Source of the DNA: Antedon mediterranea
Taxonomy: Eukaryota > Animalia > Echinodermata
Length of the DNA stretch: 64,000 nucleotides
NCBI RefSeq assembly: GCF_964355755.1
Contig: NC_092672.1
Location: 36,400,437 to 36,464,436 of the forward strand
Direction of reading: 5' to 3'
Made by a program: the position numbers and the translations under genes. This document shows, piece by piece, positions 11,946 to 24,100 of the stretch. Under the pieces are notes generated by a model. The model worked only from the letters and a program-made list of their open reading frames with translations, was not told the origin of the DNA and searched no databases. Each line of letters begins with the position of its first letter. The stretch's first letter is position 1.

Positions 11946-13332
11946 ACCGTAGATAAGTATAGTACGTATTCGTACTTGTGTGCTTTTATATAGACTTAAA
12001 TTTAATACTTTTATTTATTAGCGCAGTTGGATGACCTTGCTTGCACGAAGACTGAATTGTTCGGAAAAATATGAACAGAGCAAAATTGGATGATAACATG
12101 CCATTGTTTTTTTATCGATTTAATTGTTGAATTACCCGAAGGAAATCGAATTCACTCCATGGTGGTCGATTGACAATAACCAATAAAATGTGAACAGCAG
12201 GCCTATATTATTGGATGTATATCTGCTGTCTCATCATGGTCAACTTATTATATAATATTATACAATATTATACATTGTGCTACGATTACAATTAATGTAT
12301 TGTTATTTAATATTGTTTTTTAGGAAACAAACTTACACTGTTCAAGAGGGGCATAGTTTCCACAAGTACACATTAATTATTCATAAATATTATTCAATTT
12401 TGTTAAATTGCTTTAAAAAATGGAAAATGGTTTAATATCGAACCATTTTTATCAGCGTACTTATTTATTTCAGATGAATAAATTACTCATTGTAGAAAAA
12501 AAGTTATAATTTAATGGCAATGATGATTATTGCAATGGGTGCAACAACGTGATCAAGACGAGATTAGCCAAAACAACAACCGATGTATAGGCCTACGTGT
12601 CACTTAACAGATTGGTTCTGAGGAGGACGCAACCCTAGGAGGACACAACACAAGGACGTACGTACACACATGTAATTTTACCGCGATCACGACGTACAAA
12701 AGGCACCGTGTGATTGGTTACGCGCGCGTCGTCTCCTCCTTGCGTTGCGCTCCCTATTAGGAACCACGCGAACACGGCGAATAATTAAAATGAGGTGTTT
12801 ATTGCATATCATCATTGCACAGATGTATTATTTTGAAATCGTATTTACATTTCGATTAAACTTATGTAAAAGAATCGATTTAATCGTTCAATTAATGGAC
12901 GACGAACTCTATTCGAGAAATCGATTAAAAAATAATCAATAAAGTGCATATAGAAAATAATCAATATCATAGGTTATCTTTGTTGGTTCGGTTTGTTCAG
13001 CTTGTTTACAACCAAACGGGGAAAGGTTTTTTGTTATACCTTATTGATAGACTCAGTCAATATTACTCTATAGCAGATGTTCTTTACTTGAAATAATGAC
13101 TCATTCTAGCAATTTCGCCGCTTTTCATCAATAAACGATTGATTGACCAAATAAGTGGATGAGTACGCGCGCGTTATTATACTGTTGATATCGGATATTA
13201 TTTTTCAGAAGTTGCATGGATTCTCATTTTATAAATTCATTAATTCTGATTGCGTATTTGGGTTTAGATGGGCTTTTTAGTGGTTACCATTGACCCACAC
13301 TGCTACAATACCACCAACGGGCCCTCATCTTA

Positions 13333-13494
13333 AGCTCTGTCTACATTCTATCAAACTAGTTTGACAAAAGAAATGTGATGTGCCCAAATACGATAGTGAT
13401 ATGCCCAAATATGGTAGTGATATGACATCATCGTGTCCATATTTGGGAACATTATATTTTCTGTCACATAAAGTTTGATAGTGTGGACAGAGAT
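13333..13494. mobile_element. MITE family A copy
   Basis: TTA flanks, both TIRs. Confidence 0.85.
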
Positions 13495-13713
13495 TTAGAC
13501 ATGAGAGTTACTATACCGGTAACGAATGTTATAAATAAAAAAATATAAGAATGATGTTTTAGAAATAAATTATTAATCTGTACTATAATATTGCACCAGT
13601 TAATGATAGAATAAGTAAAGACTAAAAATATGGATTGAGAAATACTCGATAATGACGAGATCCACCCTATAAAGTAATGTGCGTGCGCTATCTCATGCTA
13701 TTTTACGTATATT

Positions 13714-13865
13714 ATCTACAAACTAGTTTGACAAAAAAGAATGTGATGTGCCCAAATATGGTAGCGATATGTTCTAATATGGTATAGTGATATGACATCA
13801 TCATGTCCATATATGAGCACATCACATTTTTTTTGTCACATAAAGTTTGATAGTGTAGACAGAGT
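13714..13865. mobile_element. MITE family A copy with damaged left TIR
   Basis: Left TIR reduced to TCTACAAACTAG; private variants TAGCGATA, GTTCTAATATGGTATA, ATGAGCAC. Confidence 0.85.
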
Positions 13866-14939
13866 TATACTGCATGCAGTTCTAATGAAATGAGTTGGAG
13901 CTTAATTCATAATAATCATAATTATTCTTATACAGTCTGTGATTGAGAAAACGTTAATAATACAGGCATAAGATATTAATAACATGATATATCGTCGTCG
14001 ATAATGGAGGATAGTGATAGTGATTGATTTTAAATTAATCCCACGCCCTCAACTGAACCAAAAACAAAAATATTAGCTTATGAATAATTAAGAAGTCAAT
14101 TTAAAAGATCGATAAAGTTAATTATTATGAATTTTCGATTGCTTCCGATGACCGGTGATATGAGCCTTGCTCAGAAGAATCGATACCACGACTGTTGTGC
14201 GTGATAACTGCAAAATCAGCTTTTTAAAGAAATATTATTTTTTTATTAATAAAGGTATCTTGTTTTTTGATCAAAATTGTCATTATTAAAATCTTGTATT
14301 TATAAACAATGATGTATAGCAAGACACCAAAGATAATTGACTAAATAATCGAATAGGCCTAATGATAATAAGAAATATTGAAATAATGAACAAACCAATA
14401 ATATGTTTTTTTTAAAGAATTATTTGAACGAATGACGGAACAAAATGACGGAATGAATGACGGAATGAGTAAAAACAAAAATACACCGCAAATAAATGAA
14501 TGAAAGATAGATGAAATGAATAAAACAAATAAATAAATAAATAAATACATTTTTCTTCCATTATTTCAGACGTCAGAATGGATAGTTTTTTTTTACAATT
14601 ATGCCGAAAATCGGAAAATCCGCACCACCGTGACCCGTATATTTATAAAAATTAATATTTAACTAAACAAAAATATCGGTAGTATTCCTACTGAAAAATA
14701 TTATTCAAATTGACTGAATTAAAAAATCATTTTCACCAATGATTACAAAATAAATAATGATTATGTTGTTGTTGATGATTGATCGATTCGTATTTTCATC
14801 AATAAATGGCGATATTTTAAACTTCAACTATTTTTGTTGAAATTATAATGAGTTTTTATTGCGTTTGGGCAAAATTGAAATTTATTTTAGCAATAATAAA
14901 TAAATTACTCAAATAATTGTTAAAATCTGTTTTCTATCT

Positions 14940-15105
14940 GTTTTTACCACGCCCCTAAATTTGTTTTCGATTATTAATTGTTCACCTATTTTTAAAAATG
15001 GTTGAGTCCCAAGTAATTTGTTTCCTTTCGGCATTCATCTGATCTGCTTGTCGATTTGCGACGTGTTCGAAGCTTCGGTCTTTGTAGAATCGATCAAAAT
15101 GGCCG
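14940..15105 (+). promoter_or_regulatory. CUX/CASP proximal promoter
   Basis: CCACGCCCC (Sp/KLF) near 14947, CpG-richer leader, YY1-like AAAATGGCCGC over the start codon. Confidence 0.45.
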
Positions 15106-18100
15106 CAGCTAATATCGCTTCGATGTTTCAGTACTGGAAAAACTTCAATCTACAAGAATTACAGGTAAGTGAGACATTAAAGATATGTTATTTTGTGTTA
15201 TATATACATTGCAAACAGAATTAGAGTTGTTTGGTGTAGTTTAGAGGAAGTTTTTAAAGAAAATTACTAGGAAATTGATTGGTAATAGTATCAGCGATCG
15301 ATTGTTTTTAGCTCAAACCTTTCATTCAATCGAGGCAAGCTATAACTATATCAAAGCGATATTGAACTGAAGTGCTGATCGGCGGAGTTCTCGGGCTTGT
15401 ACAATTGATAAACGGTATAGCGATTTTAAACGATCTATATGCTAGATTAAGTAGTTGTATTGAAACGTGAATATTACGGGAATCAGTGTTTACAGTTTGC
15501 GCTGAACTCGTGTTGTTAAAACGATATTTTTAGGCCTGGTTGTGCTTTGTTATTGTGCTGAGATATGATAGTGCTGCGTGTGTCGTTCATGTGAACCGAT
15601 TTCTTCCGAGGCAAACAAAACAAATTTTTCATCAACTTTAAATACTCTTATTTATATTAGACTTAATAGTACAATAAACAATATGAAACCTTTTCTTGTA
15701 TATTGTCTGCGTGGCTATAATAATACTTAATTGGCTTTGTTTTTTCTTATACTTTAATAATCACAATAATAAAAACAGAAAATATGTTCCAATAATGAGG
15801 TTGGGGAAGATATTGTTCTTAAACTAAACTAAACAAAAAGTACATACTGTACTTACTATATAAAATATACACTCTTTTGATAATTTATTTAATAATAATT
15901 TTAAAATATATTTAAAATTGTTGTTTTTTAGTGTCATTTTTTAAAAATATTAAAAAAAAAAATCAAATTTAAAATAAAAATATACAGGATTTCATTTTTC
16001 TTGTTAATGTCATTTTGAGTGTAAAATTTATAAAATAAACAGGGATAATAAATATACCTTGAATTTCAAAACTGACCATATTGTTGCTCTGAAATAAATT
16101 TTGTTAAAGAAAAAAATAAATTTATGGAAAAAAAGATGTGTATGAAAATAGTAATTTTATTTTTAAAGTAAAATGTTAATTTTTTTTTATCTCAATAAAG
16201 TCCCAAATGCATGGTTATTTTTTTGTTTTATTAATTTTTTTCCCATTATCTTTCTTGTCAACATATTTTATCAAACCAATTTATCAATTTCCTTTATAAT
16301 TTACTTGTGAAATGAGAAAGATGAAAAAAGTACCGGAGATGAAAATAACAGGAAGCAAAAGATGGCGTTGCGTTGCTTTCAGTAATTACGAGGTAGAATC
16401 GTATTTCCGGACTAATATAATGTATTTATTGATTCACTGCAAATGATGAATTAATCAATAGTCTATAGAAATACCAAGGTCTTCTATTGATCGTCTGCTG
16501 CTAATCAGTCTTGATTAAGTCGTCATCGTCATCGTCGGATGAGGAGGAAATTTTCAAACAAATAAGATTGTACTTAAGAATTTAAGTTTAAACATTTTGG
16601 GAAATTATCAACTACAGTATGTTTATCTCATTCACTTTGCGTCCAATTATAGCATAACATACATTCCTCTTTAAAAAGATAGTTGCTTTATTAAGTTGTA
16701 TTTTTTTGTGAGCCGCACACTTTAATTTATTTATGTCTTATACTGTACGGTTACCTCCCACAAACTCTTCATTAAATTTGAATACAATGATAAATTTAAA
16801 ACATGTTTTAAAAACATGTTTTAATGATTAAAAGTTTCATTATTTAACAAATTATCAGTTAGAAAATAATTTTTGTTAAACATACAGCATATACGCAATC
16901 ACTGTATTTGGTTACCAATGAAGGGTAGGCATAATGAATGAAAAGGGTTTTTTTTTTCGATTTCTCAATGATTTTTGTTTTTATATTGTAGCATATCACT
17001 TTGTTAACATGCAGCATTCTGTAAGTGTAATACGCAATCACTGTATTTTAATTACTTGGTACAGTTCTGTACATGATGATGATGAATGTTTTTTTTTTGT
17101 GCTCAATGATTTTTGGTTTTTATAGAGTGTCACTATTAAAAAGACATTTACTTTGGTGAAATCATCTTGGATTGTAAGATGGTTTATGTGATTGATAAAT
17201 AAAACAAAAATGACTGTGGCTGTATTGTATAAATACTTATTTTAAGAAATACCTAAATCACAAACGCCAGAATTGTTAATTGAAATTAAAAACAATCAAC
17301 GAAAACGTAACGTAAATCTGTGCATCTCTTTCATGACTTTATTCTTCTGATGAAGTCAAACTTAAAAACTTTGTTGAAAATGGATTTTATATTATGTTTG
17401 AAAATGACATTACTCTATATACCACAGTGTACTTTTTTAAAAGTACTGTACTGTATTTCTGTAGTATAGAGTAATGTCATTTTCGAACATACTGTACTGT
17501 ATTTCTGTATTTAAATTAAAACTTTAACATTTTTGTTTGAAATGGATTTTATATTATTATTATGTTCGAAAATGACATTACTGTACTACTACAGTACTAT
17601 TAAGAGTACTGTACTGAACTGTATACTGTTTTATTAAAGTGTTAATGGTTTTACAGTACTACAAATTACGATAGAGGCGGTGTCTTTGATTAAAACCCCA
17701 TTGAGTCTTATGTTATTCACCATCATCTCAAGATCTGTTGTTGACTTCTTTTGGCTGTTTTTTCTATGAAATTCCTCTGGCTAGACATAGGGTTTTATGT
17801 TTCACTTATGATTATCACCAATGAACATGACACTTGAATGCCTTGCTCTGTTTACTTGTTGACCTTTGACCTTGAACATGACTTTTAAATGAATTCTTGG
17901 TAAGATGAGGTATTGTAAAGATTGGTTGGATATGATGGGCAACCTACTTTCACAAGTTTTTACAAAGTTTATTCAACACAAACAAACATGTATTAATACA
18001 ATTATATTTTTATATCTTTTCAACTAATGTGTATGTGTGTCAACATCATTATTATCAAATCAGCTGTATTCATTATGAAAAAATGTATTTTATGATGTTT

Positions 18101-21100
18101 TTGTACATTAATAGTCTGTAACAATACATTGTAACCCTAACTCATTCTCAAGTAAAACAGATTTATTTTTAGAGTGTTGAAACCAGTTAATCTTTAACTT
18201 GTAGTATTGTATTTATTCAGTTAATTTACTATCTCTAAACTGCTCTAAACTAATACAACAACAATGAATCTTATTTATACTTTTTCAACTGCCATGGTGT
18301 TTAATTTGGGCAATATACTGTATAGTCAATCGGTACAATGTTTGATTCTACTAAAGATATATGGTGAATAGAATAAATTCTCAGAAAGGCTGAGCAAGTT
18401 ATTATTTGTATTGAAATACATTCGTACAAATGTATAAACAAAAGATATTTCTTACAAAAAACGCTGCTCGCTTGTTGACGTAAAAATTTTAAAGATATTG
18501 TCCCCTTAAAAAAATTTAGTTTTCACATTTTTTTGGAATGTGTCATTTAATGTGATAATAGTTATTCACTTTAACTAAAAACTGGATGGAAAAAGAAGAG
18601 TACTGTAGGCTGTACATTAAGTTGAAGTACTGTATAATAATTACAGTATTGGAGTTTCTTTTGTTCTAGTACCTTTAGTTGACTGTTAATTTGTCAACAA
18701 TACCCTGAGGCAATCGGATGAAATTACTTTACCATTCTGACTACTAAAATGTGCTGTTTGATATTATTTATTGAACTGAACTTTTTATAGTCAACTATAT
18801 TTAATTGATTTCTTTTTCAAAGGAAAAATACTTACTATTTTGATGTGGTATTTGTGTACAGTTATTTGTATTGAACTACTTGATATAGTTATTATATATT
18901 GAATATACATTTTTCTCTCAAAAAATTCTAAAAGATGATTCCTTTTTAACTTAAAGCTTAAAATTATTTCTTGAGGTTTTAAAATATTAAACAAAATTTA
19001 AAAAGAAATGTTAGTACAGAGAAAGAAATAAATGTTAGCTTATGACACTGAGACAACAGGGGAATTGTTCTTATTTTGTGTTAAAACACCCCTATCATTA
19101 AAATAGATAAGTCCAATCAATTTGCATGGGGAAGATATTGCATTTCCATAGCTTATCAACTGGCTAGCCAATGATTGATTGGCCGTCAAAATGATTCATT
19201 TCACCGTTGATTGCTTTCCTCCCTTTTATGCTTTTATCTATTGATTCTATTGATCATCAATCAATGCCAGCCAATCAGCTTGCAGTGAGGCCCCTGCGGA
19301 ACATTGTATACTCTATTCACCATCAGTTCTGGGCAGCTGCAGTCTGTTTTTCTTCGGCACACCAGCTTTTATGCCTTGCAAAGATTAATTGAGTGTCTTT
19401 CCTGGCAATATTGCCAGATATTGATTTGTATGATGCAAAATAAATTGAATGATTTCTCAAGCAGAAGAGAAGCACATAAAATTCTTGAAAACAAAGAGAA
19501 GTGATAATGTTACAGAACTGTTGTGATAATCGTTCTTTTGATTTACATTATTTTATGTTGTGTACGAACATTACGGTTTAAAACATTTTTTATTGACATT
19601 GTAAATGATGAAGCTGCAATTTATGATAAATTTGAGTAAAAAATGTAATAAAAATGTAAATTGGGTGTTGATTTATTTTTGTTTTGTGAAATCTTTATAA
19701 TCTGTAAAAGAAATTTTATATAAACTTTATAAATATTACAAAAACTGTTTGGATTACACTGTTAAGTTACAGTATGAAAAAATAAAAATTTACACTCATC
19801 CATTTTGTGATATTCCATAACATACAATACAGAACATAATAATAATAATATAGAAATACGACCGGACACTTCTTTTGTGTTTGTTTTGTAACACTTTTCA
19901 GTCTTTATAAATCTGTAAAAGAAAAAAATATAAACTTTATAAATATTACAAAAATTGTTTGGATTACAGTATGAAAAAAATAAAAATTTTAAATTTACTT
20001 TCATTAATCTTGTAAAATTCTATTGTATTGAATAAATAGAAAACAATAATAATACGTAACAATACGACCGGACACTGCTTTTTTGTTGTTTTTGTAATAC
20101 ATTTGAGATGTCCTGTCAACAAGCCCACACCATACCATAAAAATTAGAACTCGCATGATCATACAGTACCATCTTAACATACAGCCGATTGATTTAAACA
20201 TTGCACATACAACAGGTAATGTTTGGTTCCAAACATTTTCAATTCAAAGTTTAAATCAAGTTTCAACTTCATACAGTACATAGACTATTATTAACAAGCG
20301 ACACAATGGAGCATAACAAAACAAGGAAAACAGACATTTAATCTCAATTGCATAATAATAAAGCATAAAGCTCAATGTTTTACTACTGTTTACAGTATTT
20401 ATGATATGAATCTATGAAAAAACAGTTATAATTACAACTGATTAGTTTAATTTGGGTGAATAAAATCATGCACAGTACATCCTAGAACATTCAGACTTTG
20501 TAAATCCATACCCAGACGAAAACAAATCTTTGTACAGAATTTATCATATGAATCAGTGAAAACCCATGGACAATTTACGACTGATTAGTTTAATTTGGGT
20601 GAGCACAATCATGTACGGTACATCCTAGGAACATTCAGAATAAGGACATATATTAAATGCATATGCCCTGATGACAAAAATCTTTGCCAGGCATTACTAA
20701 AAAAACATCGTTTTGCGTATATTAAAATTGTGAAATTGCTAGAGCATTTATTGATTGCATATGGATGGAAATCTAACTACAAAAATCAATATATGATAAT
20801 CACCTTCAATATATTAATGCCATGCTTTAATAATACTATAGTACTGATCAGCATTTAAATACTCGCTGTATGGAACACAGTGAGAAAGAATATTGATTGT
20901 AAAAAGTTTAATTTTAGAACAAAATTTAAGCGATCAATACTAATACTGTACTTAAAAGAAATTTATAATTAATTTTCTGCTTGGTGCAATATTTGATAAA
21001 ATACAAACTCATGATCAATATATGATAATTTATACTTATCAATAATTTATGCATATAAATTCAAATATTGCTTCAAACGGAATTGAATCGATAAATAATA

Positions 21101-24100
21101 ATTATCAACGGCAATTTGTTTTTATTAAACTTCATCAACATTGTACTAAGTATGAAACGGTACAACGTAACAATACTTTGATAAATGTTTAGTTAGTAAT
21201 ATGATCATGTTTCAGCGACATGTAAAACAAATATTCAATAATAACAGTAAATTAAACTCATGCTACTGTATTGCTACAAAAATTTCCCTATAACTTGTTT
21301 TTCGCAATACACAGTACATAAAATAAACAAGAATGAAGAGATTTATACATATCAGCCAACCCGCTGAGGATGGAGAATGGTTTCTCCGAAAATATTACGG
21401 AAATTATTTTAGTGTCAGTGTCGTAGAACAGTATTAAACCTTAATTTAATAAAATAAATAATTTTTTTTTTTAAATTTATGGTACAAAGAATCGGTTTGC
21501 AAATACTGTACTTACTCGAGAGTGATAAAATTAGTTGGACTAGTCTATATTTCTAACAAAACATTTCAATCAACTAAAGCCAAAGTATAATCATCTCTTG
21601 GGTTCATTCTACATACTGTTCATACATTCACCATTAGATAGACTTCTAATGATACGGTGACAGTATCTAGGCATAAAGGGTGAACTTGCATCTCTTCATG
21701 TATGATGACATGAGACAGAAAGAGTAACATATGGTAGACCGCATTCAATGATGTCCATCTGACAATCCTCTCTGCCTTCTTTTCCACGCTCAATTTTACT
21801 GTATACCGTACCATACCAACATTTGCATCCAATACATTAAATAAAGGCCAATTTACACAGACGAGCAGACTAAACAGTAATAAAAATATAGAATCTATGT
21901 TATTCCTTATGACTATTTACACACAACGTGGAGTGGACGGGCGGTTTCCACTCGGGATAGATACAGATTCTACGTGGGACAAGCTACACGGTTTTCCGCT
22001 TACCGTTACCTTTTGTCTGTGTAAATTGGCCTTAATATTGTACTGTATATATAACAATACAACCAGACACCTTGATTTTTTTTAACTATTGGAGCTGTAC
22101 ATTTATTAAACATACACTATTGATTTAAACATTTAATACACATAATGTTCGGTTCAAGAAAATGTTATTTGTTTCTGTACAGTGCATACTTAGATAGAAG
22201 TATACAGTTACTAAACGTGTTTCGCATAAAACAGCAAAAAAGTTAATACAGAAACTACAGTTTTGCAAATAAACATTGTAGTCAAGTTATTTAATAAAAA
22301 CCAAAATATTTGTTGAATAAATAAATTGCGAAAGCAATATCTAAAAACAGCTGTAATTCTTGTACAAGCAAACAACAACTCTATTTTGTGAAAGTTAACT
22401 AAAAATACTTAATATTGATTCTTTCTCCCAACATTAATTTTGTCAGAATTCATATAATAACAATCAGTATTATGTATGGAACGATTCCTTATTAGGCAGA
22501 TGTTTCTGATTATACATTTTGATCGATACGCAACCTATCATAAATATTAAAAGAGATAATTAACTTGGCATTTTGTTCGTGTTAGTGATCGTCTTCGAAC
22601 CATATTATTAATCCATCCAGAATACATCTATCTGATCAATATATGTGTTTCATTGCGTTATCTCGCTAATATTAAATCATAATCCGGCAAGTAATTTATC
22701 ATTAGACTGAGCTTTTTGTTTTAAATACAGTATAATATAGAGATTAGTGATAAACGTAACTCATCCATAGCTCAATCAAAATAATGGAAACAAGAGATAA
22801 TTTACTGTTTGATAAATCAGATTTTATATACAAAGGGTAAAGACATTTATTGAAATATACATCCAGTATACAGTACTAATGTTGGATAAATTTTGCCCAC
22901 CCAGTCATCAGGCTTTCCACACAACTTCGCTACCTGAAAGGGTGTTACTGTTTTTGTATTGCTTTAAGTTTAAGATCTTTTTATAAAGATACGGATACAG
23001 ATTCCTTTTTTTATCCAATATATTACAGTGCTAGTCATATCTTGGCTTGCCTTAAATAAATGTACAGGTGTAAAGGAAATGAACCATCTAACAAATCTTT
23101 TGTTATAATTTTGTATCCTAGCCGGGTAAAACGAGTACTTGTAACGGTCCGTCTGCGCATCCACCGTCCTCATCTTTCCGATTCTAACGATAACGCAGAG
23201 GATAATGTCGCCGCGGATAATGTCGCCATGAATGTTTTTTCCTCCAACCCTGTTCTTCTTACCTAGCATATTAATGTATACTCTGAATATTGGTTTGGCA
23301 ATATGTACAGTATTAAAATAGAATATTTACTGTACAGTAGTTATTAACTTTGAAAAACTTATAACAGCTCATGATTTTTTTTTTCTTGTAGAAAGAGTTA
23401 GATTCTACTGCTACTGAGCTGGCCAGCCGACAAGACGAGAGTGATTCATCGCGTAAACGCCTCGTTGAACAGAGCAGAGAATTTAAGAAAAATACACCAG
23501 AAGTAAGAAGCATTGCGTTTTATTTTAATTTTATATAGACAAATTATCAAAAGAGTCTATTTCGTACCCAGCTTACCTGGATAAACCAACAATAGCCCTT
23601 TCTCCTCGAAGAGCGCTATAACTCAAAATTTTCATTGAACACCCCTATCCACAAATGATATTGCTGTTATTTTAAAGTTCTTTTAATGGGATATGGCTAA
23701 TACAGAACTCTGTAAATCATTAACCAAATAAAAATATTTTAACAATGATAATTGTTTAAAAAGTGAGACAATAACATCATGTAGTTCCTAACTAATGTAA
23801 AGAAGGAAGTTAAGGTACAGTGAAGTTAAGAATATGTGTTGGTTGTTGTAATTATTCCAGAACATGGTTGTAGTGCAACAGATCCGATGCAACCAACCGT
23901 AACGATAAATTGTTAAACTTTACCTGCTTCCTTTTTTATAAATTACGTTGCAAATCTTAGTGTTTATTCACCGTGCAAACCTTTACATAATATTATATAT
24001 TTCTTGTTTTGAATATATCTATTTAATCCCCATATGAAAATGTCAAACGGACAGAACTAATGAAAGGATTGAAAAAGATGTATGCGCTTGGGAGAACATT

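Noticed and set aside
19430-19504. Coding alternative first exon MMQNKLND...
   Set aside because: The only nearby donor is weak and phase 2, incompatible with phase-0 exon 2.
21620-23660. Nested antisense gene in CUX introns 1-2
   Set aside because: Some minus-strand donor-like sites exist, but I could not assemble a phase-consistent, recognisable protein; part is better explained as a LINE fragment.
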